From the NCBI RefSeq assembly GCF_026571515.1, contig NW_026851951.1, forward strand, positions 62,001 to 116,421: a stretch of 54,421 bases of DNA, in the 5' to 3' direction. The stretch's first letter is position 1. Every line of letters begins with the position of its first letter. Positions 11,801 through 23,129 of this stretch are shown piece by piece. Below the pieces are notes generated by a model. The model did not search any database and was not told the DNA's origin. It saw only the letters and a program-made list of their open reading frames with translations. The position numbers and the translations under genes were made by a program. This DNA is from Ruditapes philippinarum. Lineage: Eukaryota.

Positions 11801-13057
11801 TTGCTCAATGGAACAAGTAACAAACTTAAGCCGGCTATCTATTCAAAATACATGGACATAGGTACTTCAAACTTTATTTGCACGAGTACTTCCAGCAACA
11901 ACCGCTTTCCGATCAAAAGGTCAAGGTCACTTAGATGTGTACGTATTAACGATATACAACTGACCATGGCACATTTCAAGAGAACTTTCACACGCACCTT
12001 GATGAGTACTATCCGCCATACCGATTTCATGTTATGAATGTATAACATTTTATTCAATTTATAAGTTTTCCATCCAGGACTGAGGGCTCTGCTCCTCGGA
12101 CAGCTAATTAATTTTATTTTGGTTCGTCATTGCTTAATCCTAAATACGGTTGCATTTCTAAGTGCGTATCTACGTAATATTCGTGGTCTTTTGCGTTTCT
12201 TTTGTTTGTTGTGAGAAAGGGGTTATGCTGTTAAGATGAAATGTAAATGCGACATGCTCAAAACATGCACCGTTCAGACTTTCTGCTATTTTGTTTATAT
12301 GTAATCAGATTGTGCGCATATCTTTGGAGGGGAGCGAGGCCCTTTAGCTGGTCAATATTCATCGCTGTTAGCACATGGAATTTCGAAAATTCATTTCAGT
12401 TCATCAAAAGTATATCTTAATGTATTTCCTCAATCAAGATTAATGGCTTATAATTTCATTTAAAAATACATTGTATACATACTATCAACATTTTCAAACT
12501 GTATAACAGCCGAATGATTTTCTTCGTCAAACTGAATGTTGCTGATTTTTCCTCCACCACATTTTCTTGAACTTTTGAAAAAGAGAGTAAGGTATTGTTT
12601 ATCTATTCCAGCAGGAATTCCTGCAACCTTTATCGTCCTCCTTGCTTGTTCATCGTCTGAAATACAAATTAAATGATCTAATCAGACAAAAAAGGCAAAT
12701 GAATAACATATCATGCCTCAGAAATTATTAAATCTAAGCATATCATGCCTCAGAAATTAATAAATCTAAGCATATCATGCCTCAGAAATTAGTAAATCTA
12801 AGCAAATCATGCCTCAGAAATTAATAAATCTAAGCACATCATGCCTTAGAAATTTCAAACTCCTTACCGTTCTCCTTCGGCCCAGGGTTAGGTTCTATGC
12901 CGGAAAGCAACAAAAGTAGTCCTATGAAAAGTACAGTACCGATAACTTTAATCCCGCCACTTAAGTTCACAGGACAAACAATCGTCACAACATCGACTCC
13001 CGATGAAAATCTGAAAGTTCCTATTCTACCACGGTACGTTTCGATATCGATACCCAT
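4040..13057 (-). CDS. GVIN1: Very large inducible GTPase (GVIN1/VLIG/URGCP-like), copy 1. Spliced CDS join(13057-12868, 12656-12483, 11235-10969, 10686-10549, 9939-9871, 8871-4040), 5670 nt, 1889 aa: 2A-like leader + 2 RRM-like domains + VLIG GTPase
   Basis: All five introns are GT-AG with phase-1 junctions and the joined frame is open. The same six exons occur in copy 2, with exons 1-5 of identical length. The terminal exon has G1 GVQSSGKS, GRCTRG, G3 DSEG and the family C-terminal CPFCxEPC...H motif. Confidence 0.88.
9871..9939 (-). CDS. GVIN copy 1 coding exon 5 (linker, AQASIPETIHKRTERKVDMDDIL)
   Basis: aatag| acceptor, |gtaagt donor, 69 nt, open in phase 1. Equivalent exon at 32330-32398. 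Confidence 0.75.
10549..10686 (-). CDS. GVIN copy 1 coding exon 4 (end of RRM2 + linker)
   Basis: tttcag|TT acceptor, G|gtatag donor, 138 nt. VAQRVVNKSTHTLKQNTLKV completes the RRM-like fold. Confidence 0.8.
10969..11235 (-). CDS. GVIN copy 1 coding exon 3 (end of RRM1 + most of RRM2, PARP14/PARP10/NMI-type)
   Basis: cttccag|CT acceptor, G|gtaagc donor, 267 nt. TIEVTGF...LELYFEDEESSGGDTI...ALVTFES matches the LxLYFE...SGG...A.VTF pattern of this RRM subfamily. Confidence 0.87.
12483..12656 (-). CDS. GVIN copy 1 coding exon 2 (RRM1; absent from the ORF track)
   Basis: tttcag|AC acceptor, A|gtatgt donor, 174 nt. Translates DDEQARRTIKVAGIPAGIDKQYLTLFFKSSRKCGGGKISNIQFDEENHSAVIQFENVD. The 3 differences from copy 2 are all synonymous. 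Confidence 0.87.
12708..12856. repeat. 32-bp tandem repeat, ~5 units, in the intron after the 2A exon
   Basis: tcatgcct recurs at 12711, 12743, 12775, 12807 and 12839. Confidence 0.95.
12868..13057 (-). CDS. GVIN copy 1 coding exon 1: hydrophobic leader ending in 2A-like motif SGIEPNPG|P
   Basis: ATG at 13057 sits just after a pyrimidine-rich acceptor. Donor AACG|gtaagg at 12868 is in phase with exon 2. 5 synonymous and 1 non-synonymous differences from copy 2. Confidence 0.82.
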
Positions 13058-13261
13058 ACTGAAAGGGGAAACGAGATGTTAAAATGTATAGCATGTAAAT
13101 TCACATATTCAGGATATTGCGATATCGTTTTTCGCAGCTATTGCATTATAAAACATAAATATGCTAGGTTTTTAAATGAAAATATGAGTTCCGTTATGAG
13201 CAAAACGATTCTGTTATGAGTACTGAGTATAAAGGTAAATTATTGATTATCATTACTGTAT

Positions 13262-13476
13262 GTCGTACGGTTAGCTCAATAGGTAGAACGTTGACCTGTG
13301 AATCTGGCGACCCCGGTTCGATTCCAGGACGGTGCAGGTCACTTCCGTTATGATTGATCATGAAATCCTGTCTACGGTCATTCGCATTTTACCTCTGATC
13401 TGACATGTACAGAAGTTTCAGTTCCTTGCGAAAGTTGAGGCAACTAGTAGTGGTAAACAATGCGGTCTGGTAAATT
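13262..13476 (+). mobile_element. tRNA-derived SINE with a Meta-type central domain (MetaSINE-like)
   Basis: tRNA-like head (ttagctcaataggtagaacg...ggttcgattcc) followed by gattgatcatgaaatc...tctacggtcattc...tcagtt...gcgaaag, which resembles the Meta domain as recalled. Confidence 0.72.
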
Positions 13477-16400
13477 CTTTTTGTATAAATATATTGCGCT
13501 ACATTTAAAATGGTTTTACTATCTACCAGCAAGGAATGAGGCCCGACGACATTGACAAATGGGCCCAAGGTTTCCAGACCTATTTTCATTTAGTAAATGT
13601 TTTTTACCTGGGCGAGTCGGTTCGTCATTCAATCTTTGTGTGTTTTGGTTGCAAGATTCACGAGATTGTACAGAAGTTTCGATAAATGATTTAATATTCT
13701 ACATATATATGTTTTAGAACGTTAAATATTTTTCGCAGCCGAGGTATATGGTATTTCCATTGCAATATCAAACCAAGTAGATGTACATGTATAAAGCTGA
13801 CATTTCATCAGTTGTATTTGTATTAAATTTAGAAATGTATTCATATTGTGACTTTTAAATCTCGAAACATGTTATCCTGAATAAAATACTTATCTTGTAT
13901 AGCATAATTGAGTTTAAAATTTGGAACGTTTTAGTTAAAAGGGACTATTATTTCGGTTCCGATATAAGTGATCAATTCTTTAAAGATACACTAGTTTTTT
14001 ATACATATATTTTATTCCTTTATAAATTTCTCGTTTTCGGTATACTTAAATTGATTTTTTCTAAATATATTGATTATATTATGAAAATATTGATCCTACT
14101 TTTTTATAACCTTGTGTTTTTTTCAATTTGATATTTAATAGGTTTGTATTCACTGTATGTGTTTTGAAGTATGAAACTTTACAATACGAAAAGCGTGGAT
14201 CAATTGGAACACGAGGACAATTTTCACGTATTAACCATGTGACTTTAGATGTAATAAAAAAGGATGCAATCTTATCTTTTTTATGTATTTGTATGACAGA
14301 AAATGAAGTCGAATTTGATAAAATAATGATCAAATAATATGTGTGACAAAATATATTAAAGACTGTCTCTTATTAACCAATTATAACCAAACTCGAAATA
14401 TCGTCAACTGTTGTACTTTCGTTTTCTAAAAACAAACAAACTTTAAGGTAGACGAAAAATGAAACAAAATTAGTATATGAAAACTACAAAAAAGGTCTGT
14501 TCAATTTTCATAATAATTGCAAATACGTCGTCACAATTCCGTCGTACTTACTTCTTGGCCACTGGGTAATTTTTTTTTATATAGATATCGAGATCTTTAC
14601 TATATATTTTGAAATCCTAAGCGTAAATCAGAGCAAATTACGAACCTCTGAAAGTTAACTAGTCTCGAACAAAATTTTGATCATTGATATTACACTAAAA
14701 GAGTACCGTCAATTACACCACACTACATTTGATTTACGGCGATACTCGTATTGCCCATTTTACTCAAGGTCGAGTAATCATCAAACTTACCTTACTATAG
14801 GTGATGATTATTCGATATGAATAAGATATGACGTTTCAGTTTAAGTCAATAATAATCCATTAAAGATATTTATAATTTAGCCGATAGTTTAAGTTTAATA
14901 ATGAATTTGATATTGAACCAGTTCGATTTTAAGTTAAAGCTGTTACTTTTATTAAGATTTGATCACCTAGATCTTTTACCTACCCTTTTATAAAGAATAA
15001 AAGAAATTCTAAAAAAGAAAAAATCTATTATTAAAAAAAAAAATATTAAAAAAAAATATATTTTGAAATTATCTTAAAATTATTTAAAAAAAAAAAAGGT
15101 TTTTATATGAAGAATAAAGTAATTTTGGTGTGGCACACAAGAAACAACAAATCCAAAATCGAAAACCGCTAAAGCCCATGGCGACTAGAAGCAATTATCG
15201 ATAATAACATAGATAAACAAGTCCATGGCAACCTTAAACGTGCGTAAAAACTAAAACCCAGTTAGCATTTAGTGCAAGAAAACCAACCGTTGAATCGTAA
15301 TAATTAAATATATCTTTAATGTAGTACAATTCAGAAATGAATAATGCAAAACGTTTCAACGACATTAGGTTACAAATAGTTGTCCAAATATCCTAAAGTT
15401 TCTGGTCTATTTCCCAAAATAACTTTCGACAAAATTACGGGCATGCATTTTTAAAAAGACATGTAATAATAACTTTACGAGGTCGATCATCGATCGCGCT
15501 AAATGTTTATATACTAACATGAAACTGAACAAGTGAAAAACATCAAATTTAAGAGAATTAAAACGTACCTGTTTGTTACTATCTCAAAACGCCAACTGAT
15601 TTTTACCCCGTCTTGAACGTCGATTGAGGTGATATCGATTTTAACAGAACAAGGAAGTTCTTCATTACTACAGGTTATATATCAATTTTAATAGTTTCAA
15701 AAGATAAATTATTAACTATTTTTGCGTTAAAATGATCAATAAGACAACCACGCGCCGTTGTTGTAAGTTTTCTTTTCTTTTTCTTTTTCTTTGTTTTCAT
15801 GGGTTATACATGGCACAATGTACAAAAAATCTAACCATAATACTGCAATTACGGCCCACGGTAGTTTTATCATCAATACTTGCGAATGACAGTGCACTCG
15901 TGCACTATAACGTCACAATCAATGGCCTTTAAAAACGAAATACAGATATCGAAAATTTAAACGTATACTTTTATGCCAGAAAAGCACTTATGTACCCTTT
16001 TTTCGTGCATTAATATCTACGTAAGTCCTCGGACTTATCAAATCCCTCACCGTATTTGTGCAAATATGGACTGTATACTCGGCGCAGGCACCGCCATAAC
16101 AGCCACAGAACATGCATAATGACGAGAACTATTCTGAATACGAGCACTATATAATATGTATAAGCAATATTGCAATTTGTGTTTATCACACCTTTGTTTT
16201 GAACTCAGTCGTTGCTCTTTAAATGACATTTAAATGATCTAAGAATAAATATTTTGACAATTTTGCTGCTAAAAACGTTTCATGAGACATTTCGTAAGCA
16301 GTCGAATTTATTTTCTTTATAGATAACAATGGACAATTCTTCTGAAAATATATCAATATAATAAATAACTATATACGGCTCGAATATAACTTCTTGCGAA

Positions 16401-16517
16401 CGTCACGTACTCAAACACTGTCTTCAATTTATAACATTTCAAGAATTTTTGAGGTAGGCTGATAACTTAAAAAATGTTTCTTTTCCGTGGGTTACGCCCA
16501 GTGATTAAAATACAAAA

Positions 16518-17387
16518 TATAGATAAATACAGAATCCCTAAAGAAAGCCCAACACGACAAAATTGAAAATGTTGCAGGCTCGGTTTGATTGAGCCTGTTC
16601 ATGGACGGTACTGGAAAGTGCAAGTTACCGTCCACGCCCCCTAGCACCGGCTTAAGCAGAATTCAACATTTAACATGAACTGGTAAAATTTAGAATTTTG
16701 AAACATCCGCAGATGTGTTCATATGGCGGTTATCATGGAACCTTCAATGTGACACGGTAGTGCCATTCCATGAAAAGCGGCATATGGTCCCCAAGTAAAA
16801 AAATGCGTGTGCCCTAAACGAGAAAACAATGGGCGGAACTAAATAAAATGGAATTTTGAAAGGGGATCTGAGGTTATGAAGCCTGCGTATCACAGATAGG
16901 ACGTCAAAAGACAAATTTAAAAAGCAGGCAACATATCCTAAGGGTGATTCAACATTATTCAAGTAGGAATATTGGAACCACCCAACTAGAAAGTGCCAAA
17001 AAGTTGAAACTAAAAATACCACAAGCACAACAATAATGTCGTGCTGAACGATCTTCAAGGATCGAAAATATAACACATATTCCACACATGGATAACAATT
17101 GTTTCTGCTTATTTCATTGAGAATCAGCCATTTTGGTGATTCATGTTATTTAAGCCGGTGTGGTGTGAATTTTGTTAAACCCGTAAGAACGTAACACTAT
17201 ATTTGCTGCGCATGCGCAGACAGATGGCGAGCCTGGCAGTGTGATATGTAAGCCGGTGCTAGTGGGTGTGGACGGTAGTTTGCACTTTACAGTACCGTTC
17301 ATTATTAGGCTCAATTAAACCGAACCTGCACCATTTTCCATTTTGCCGTTTTGGACTTTCTTTATGGATTCTTATTTTCTCTATTTT
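16518..17387. mobile_element. ~870-bp non-autonomous element bounded by ~135-bp inverted repeats
   Basis: atagataaatacagaatccctaaagaaagccc...gcaccggctta (16519-16654) recurs reverse-complemented at ~17248-17387. Further family copies at ~17695-17725, ~17822-17890, ~19408-19610 and ~33437-33586. Confidence 0.75.
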
Positions 17388-18131
17388 ACAGACAGATCAT
17401 ATCTTAATATGTGCGACCACGTTTATAAAATAAGGTCAACACCGTATTATTTTTCCTTTTTTGCCAAGAGCACGAAGCAATGTTCTTCGATATCTAAATG
17501 TATTCAGTAGTAAAAACATACAAACATGGTCTTTTCGGAGCATTTTTTAAGTGCAGAAAAATATATATATTGCTGATAATATGTGACACATGTTTTTCAG
17601 CATATTTTCAGTACATTGATTTTAATTATCACAAAGTGTTCCTATTTAATATGAAAAGGAAATGATACTTATTTCCTCGAAGAGGTTTTTCAGCTTTCTT
17701 TAGGGAATCTTATTTTCTCTATTTCTTCACATTTCAGCACTTAAAAAACTTCTACGAAAAGACCATATCTTTGTTTTACATTGTATTAGAATTAATTGTG
17801 TTGTAAAACAGTTAAATCAGTCAGGAGCCTGCAACATTTTCAATTTTGCCGTGTTGGGCTTTCTTTAGGGATTCTGTATTCATCTATTTGATGCAATGTC
17901 GTATGCTGTTACTTATGTGTTTAAAGATTACATGTACTAAATTTAACATTTCTAAAATACAAAGATAGTTAAATACGGTTTCGGTCTGGAATAGACTAGT
18001 CAATTTTTACAGCGGCAGTGTTATCAAATTATTGTTTATCAAGACTATTCTATGTAATGGTAACTGGTGTTTTAAAATAAAGTCTATAATGGCATCACTT
18101 CGTCTTTTTAATGCCTAGAACTTCTGTCTAT

Positions 18132-19234
18132 CAGGCCTCGACATTAGCGGTGGTCCATTGGTCCGAGACCACCTGATTTTGGCAAGAACCACTTAATTTT
18201 ACAGTCAACTGGTCCGTTAGATCACATGAATTTTCCAAATGGTGCAGGGCTCATCTGGGAGAATGATTATTTGATCGAAAAACGTGTTCTATAATTGTTG
18301 TTTAAAACCATTTCTCCGATGTACAGGTATATGTTCATTCATCTCATTAGTTCAAAAAGATCTTAAGACATCCAAAGCTTTTTATTAACTCGCTAACAGT
18401 GTAGTTAAAAAGTAGAAAATTATTTTAATAATTAAAGTATTAAATTCATTCAAATGTCTCTAGTACTGCATTGAATTTATAACATTGTATCACTATGGAA
18501 TATCGGATAAACACATGAAGAATGGTGCAAACAAAGGCAAAGGAAAAATTAAATATCTAGTAATCTTTGGCTACTTTTTTAAACGATCAGAGATCCATTT
18601 TTTTCTTATTTAAATTACTTTAAAAGGTTATAAATACTTTGTCAAAAATAAATAAATTTCAACAGACAAGCATGTATAATAAATCTGTGAGGAAGATAAT
18701 CTCAATTATAATGTAGGAATTTTTGTGTTTATCATCAATATTTCATTGTTTCAAAGACAAGAATATAATAACTTAATAGTTTAATTAAAAATGTTAATCT
18801 ATTAAAAGCAATTATTATTCTTCTAAGATGTACCAGGAAACAGCAATGAGTATTTGAATAACAGAAAGGAAATAAGTCATTCACAAATGGTTTCCTTATT
18901 CCCTAACTTGAGTCGCGGAAGAAGTAACTTAACCGAGGTATGAGTACTGTCATGTATTTTTCAATGAGATAATAAATACTAAATAGTATTACAATGACTT
19001 ACTATCTGATCTAAGATTGAAATAGAAAAATACATGTTTTCTTCAGTTGTTATAAATCTAATAATAAATATGTCTCTGTCACCAATTTTAAGTGTAGTTC
19101 TTCTAAATCTAAAGTTTTCTTAACAACAAATGAGTAAAAAAAAGATGGACCACCTGTGTTCAGAAAGGACCACCTGAATTTTGGATCCAGTGGTCCGGCA
19201 TACCACCTGTTGAAAAAGTTAGTGCCGAGACTTG
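18132..19234. mobile_element. Non-autonomous hAT-like DNA transposon
   Basis: Imperfect TIRs caggcctcgacattagc / gttagtgccgagacttg. Subterminal GGACCAC/GTGGTCC motifs at both ends. Flanks tctgtctat / tctgttat resemble a decayed 8-bp TSD. Confidence 0.55.
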
Positions 19235-19407
19235 TCTGTTATAATAATAAATGTTTTGAACACACCAGAACCCACGACGAAAAGGATATCTCGATGAAGA
19301 CTGCATAGAAATCCAAAACCAAAATGGGTATTATATATAAAGGAGAGTCAGGAGTCTATTTTCTTAAGAAAACAGGGTTGAATTTTATATAACTGTTTAC
19401 AAAACTG

Positions 19408-19610
19408 AAATAGAGAAAAACAGAATCCCTAAAGAAAGCCCAACACGGCAAAATTGTAAAATGTTGCAGGCTCGGTTTGATTAAGTTTGTTCATGGACGG
19501 TACTGGAAAGTGCAAGTTACCGTCCAAGCCCTCTAGCACCGGCTTAAGCAGAATTCAACATTAAAACACAAAAATGGTGAAATTTTGAATTTAGAAACAT
19601 TCACAGATGA
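19408..19610 (+). repeat. Truncated copy of the double-hairpin repeat family
   Basis: Aligns to 16519-16716. Confidence 0.85.
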
Positions 19611-20061
19611 AAACTTACCCTACGATTGACCTAATTTCACAATCAAATCTGGTGTTATGCTTCACATCTGGAGCAGCGGAAATTCACATATACTTTCTAC
19701 CCATGCTCATATGGGGTTCCACCCCCGTGTAAAAGGACTACGTCTATAAAAGAAAGAAAGATAAATGAAATTATAAATCTGTACCTTTACCCATTCAAAA
19801 AAATTTTTCTCCCTGACTGCTACACTTTACTTGTCGTTAGTTTTCAATTCAGGGACAAATCCAGGATTTCAGGGGGGGGGTGTTCGGCTCAATTTGTGTC
19901 CGGTTAACTACCTTATTTCAATGGTTATTTCAATTCCTAATCAGTTACAAATTATTTATCATTTAATGATTAACCTGTCCGTGCTCTGTCTTTGCCCTGT
20001 CCTGTTTTTGTTTGGGGTCCGCCTGGGCTCCTTGCCACTGGTTCTTGTTGCTGGGTCATAT

Positions 20062-20951
20062 GGGGGTTGCGGTCATTGAACGCCACCTTTCCTTGTTGAT
20101 CTTGTTGACATATTCAAAATATACAATTACACCTATGGTTCGGGAATTTAAGGGGGCACGCACCGGGTGCGCCCCCTCGTGATCCGCTTGTGCAATTAAT
20201 ATATTATTATTATAGTGCTGCTGAGGTGGGTGACAGTGCCTACTGTGAACAGGTACATTGCTAAAATTTTCATTCTTGTCAGTTTTTACGCTTTTATTTG
20301 TTTGGTACATGTATGATTTGAATGGTTGAATGCTTTTTAGCACTTTTCTTTCTCAATCATCCAACAACTAAACTCATTCTAAATTTTATACACCAAAGGC
20401 TGTATTTAGTACAATGTACTTAAATATTCTATGTTTTTGATTGTAAAACAAGTGATACTCTAAGATTATCAAGTGAGAAAAAAGCTTGATAAGTTCTTGT
20501 TCCTAAAATCTTAACAAGGAATTGTACTGACCTATATGGGTCTTAGTAAAGGATCTAAAACTAAGACTGAAAACATTTTTGAAATCTCAATATTTTCAGT
20601 AGAAAGAGTTGCATATCAGCCACACAAAATATGGCTGTGAAACTGACCCTCTTTAATAGAAGATCCACAGTCTGTATCAATAAATTCAATGTCCCATGTT
20701 CTTCCATCAGGCAGGGTTATTCCTGCTTTGCAGACACAACTGATGGCATAGTGTGTTTAAACGCCGCCTTTCCTTGTCGATCCTGTTTATCATATTATAT
20801 GCTCACAACCGTGTTTACACGTTTGTGCGGCATTCAATGTTCTTATATTTTCATCCTCAAGGGATCGTTCGGCGTTCAGTGTTGGTGTCCTCCTTGGCTA
20901 GTGTGGGGGTTGCGTTCATTGAACGCTGCCTTTCCTTGTTGATCTTGTTTA
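20062..20951. repeat. Three dispersed copies of a short motif ((ggggttgcg.tcattg)aacgc..cctttccttgt.gatc.tgtt)
   Basis: Copies at ~20062-20106, ~20758-20789 and ~20906-20951; probably the terminus of a repeat family. Confidence 0.6.
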
Positions 20952-21129
20952 TCATAAATAAAATGTTTTTTTTCCTTAAATTGAGGATATACACCTCATA
21001 TTTCAATGCGGGACACATTCCTTAAAACGAATTCCTTTAAAAGTTTCATCTTCAGTGAAATCTAACCTGCAAGTACATTCACCTCTTACAGTATTTTTCT
21101 CTGACACATACACAGACAGAATAAAAAGG

Positions 21130-21780
21130 CTGAGGAAAAAGGAGACCCAAAAATGTTAACTGCTTTCAACTTCATGTCTGTGTCACATTTAAACTGGATT
21201 CTATCTCCATTTAAATCATCACACTTCCATGAACATGAAGTTGAAAGCTCATATGACCTATAAGCCACACTATCTGTAATCCCATTGATATTTCTTGTAG
21301 GAAAGAAGCTGCCCTGTATTTCATTAACCGGGTATGAAGCAGATGACAAGTACATTAAAACCTTGTTTTGCCTTTCATTAGGCATTACTTTATGTCTCAT
21401 ACACTCGGAAATAAAAAATCTAAACTCATTGAAGTAAATGAGATAAATTCAGCACATGCAGTTGAAAATTCTATATCATCTATATCTTCACAGTATGAAA
21501 TCAAACAACAAAAAAGAAACTCTTCATGTAAGCTGAGAGGCTGACGCTTAATAATAGATAAAACTAAATCTTAATCTAATTCACAAAAACTGTCTCTGGC
21601 AGAAAGAGACTCTTCAAAATGTTCATCTAAAAATTCATAACATAATTGTGAAACACAGTCCTGTCAATACTGTGAGGAAATTTGGCACCTTTAAGTAGTT
21701 TGCACAAAGCTGGATAAAGTTTAACACCCCTAAATAAATTGCACAACCAGGATAATCCTGAATGGTATTTCGTCGATGTT
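21130..21780 (-). pseudogene. Degraded BTB-BACK-PHR (BTBD1/2/3/6-like) gene fragment
   Basis: Manual translation: ...LCYEFLDEHFEESLSARDSFCELD*DLVLSIIKRQPLSLHEEFLFCCLISYC...FISFTSMSLDF/(frameshift)FISECMRHKVMP...FPTR...WKCDDLNGDRIQFKCDTDMKLKAVNIFGS. This gives BACK then PHR-start patterns, with an in-frame TAA and frameshifts. Confidence 0.7.
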
Positions 21781-23129
21781 AATTTACATCGACTAAGATA
21801 TTTTCTTATTTATCTTAATAGGGGAAATAATAACCCCGGCAGGGTGTACTCTGGCTTTCCATAATTTATATAGGGAAAATAATATCCCGGCAAGGGTGTA
21901 ATCTGGCTTTCCATAGGAAGCTGAAGCCTAAAACCGAGTGTGTAATAAACATTGTCTAAAGGAAAAGGCATATAAAAATTTAAAAAATAACATATAAACC
22001 CACTTACCTGTAGAAAATATGTACACCGATTATTGTGTTGTAGGGGATACTTTTAGTTCAAGCCTGGTAAATATAACAGCTTTACTATGTAAGTATTTTT
22101 CTTTGGTAACAGAGGGTATCTAAGAGTGGATGCCTGTTGTTTAAATATGTTTTGTTTAGATTAAATATGTTATTGATAGATAAATCCTTTCAAATAGTTG
22201 TCAAATCAAAATACAAATGTAATTAAAGCTGCATTTTATTAATATGTAGAACTATTTTCCCGTCGGCCTTAAAACCAAGCAGTCTACACTTTTATAAACC
22301 TTTTGAACCTAAGCGATGTTAATGTTATCAAATACTATTCAGAAATTATGATTTTAAAGGGAAAACCCTAAACGGTAACACTAAAGTGTGTTTGTAGTTT
22401 TAACATGCAAAGGAAGACTGTAATAAGCTCGTGTATGCTCTACGTCACAGTGTCAGTAAAAATCTATAGTTGTTAACGGCAAATGTAGAATTTTCCAATC
22501 GTATCACATTTTACTGTTCATTACGCCTGTCGTTTAAACAAGGTCATAATGAAAACATTCGTTATTCAGTGCGGAAATATACCGTTTAATTCAGACTTCT
22601 ACTTCAAGCCGTGTTGGATGCTCGGATAACCCAAAGGCGGAATTTTACTGTACTCTTGATTTCGCCACATCGAGGTTGCTGACTTTTAAGCTTATAAAGC
22701 TCATTTTGGTTGTACTTGAAAACAAAATAAGAACGGGAGCCGCAACGAAACCCATGTAATTAAACAAATGTTGCTATTTCTGTTTTCATGAAATTTATGA
22801 AATGCAGTTTAAAGCTGCATGCCTCCAGATGTCATATAAATAGCATTCTTGGCGATGCACGTTTCCATGATATACTTATTTTGGAACAACGCAGAATTGT
22901 TTTGTTTGTTTGTTTTTTCAAAAGAAAACGCTTTAAAGTATGTTTCAAAAGTATAAAATACAAAAAAAAATTAAGTAAAATATCATAAATAATACCAATT
23001 TCATTTTTCAGACCTTTTTGTAACTGAAAGAGGTATGTCACTAAACAGAATAGGGATATCCCACTATTTTATAAAACAGGTAACATGAAAAAGGAAAATT
23101 TGACAAGAGCTGTAAAGACTTACAGAACA

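Larger units (their letters stand above)
1..16058. repeat. Segmental duplication unit 1 (probably continues left of the window)
   Basis: Collinear with 22540-41074: position 1 aaggtcataat...gaaaacattcgtta matches 22540, and similarity ends at ccctc.cc.tatttg (16058 / 41074). Confidence 0.9.

Noticed and set aside
12839-13057. Stand-alone 72-aa membrane microprotein gene
   Set aside because: A strong donor at 12868 joins in frame to the RRM exon, and the residues after KENGKEF differ between copies and come from intron repeat sequence.
13262-13335. tRNA gene (GTG anticodon-like loop)
   Set aside because: The stems pair poorly and the sequence runs directly into a SINE body. The same applies to 415-495.
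13552-13690. Unit-1-specific ~140-bp segment with a CAG|GTAAAA donor as GVIN first exon
   Set aside because: Absent from unit 2, and its ATG frame does not join the leader in frame.
16519-16665. Self-cleaving ribozyme (hammerhead or twister) in the double-hairpin repeat
   Set aside because: No CUGAnGA/GAAA core or full twister consensus found by eye on either strand; an Infernal/Rfam scan would settle it.
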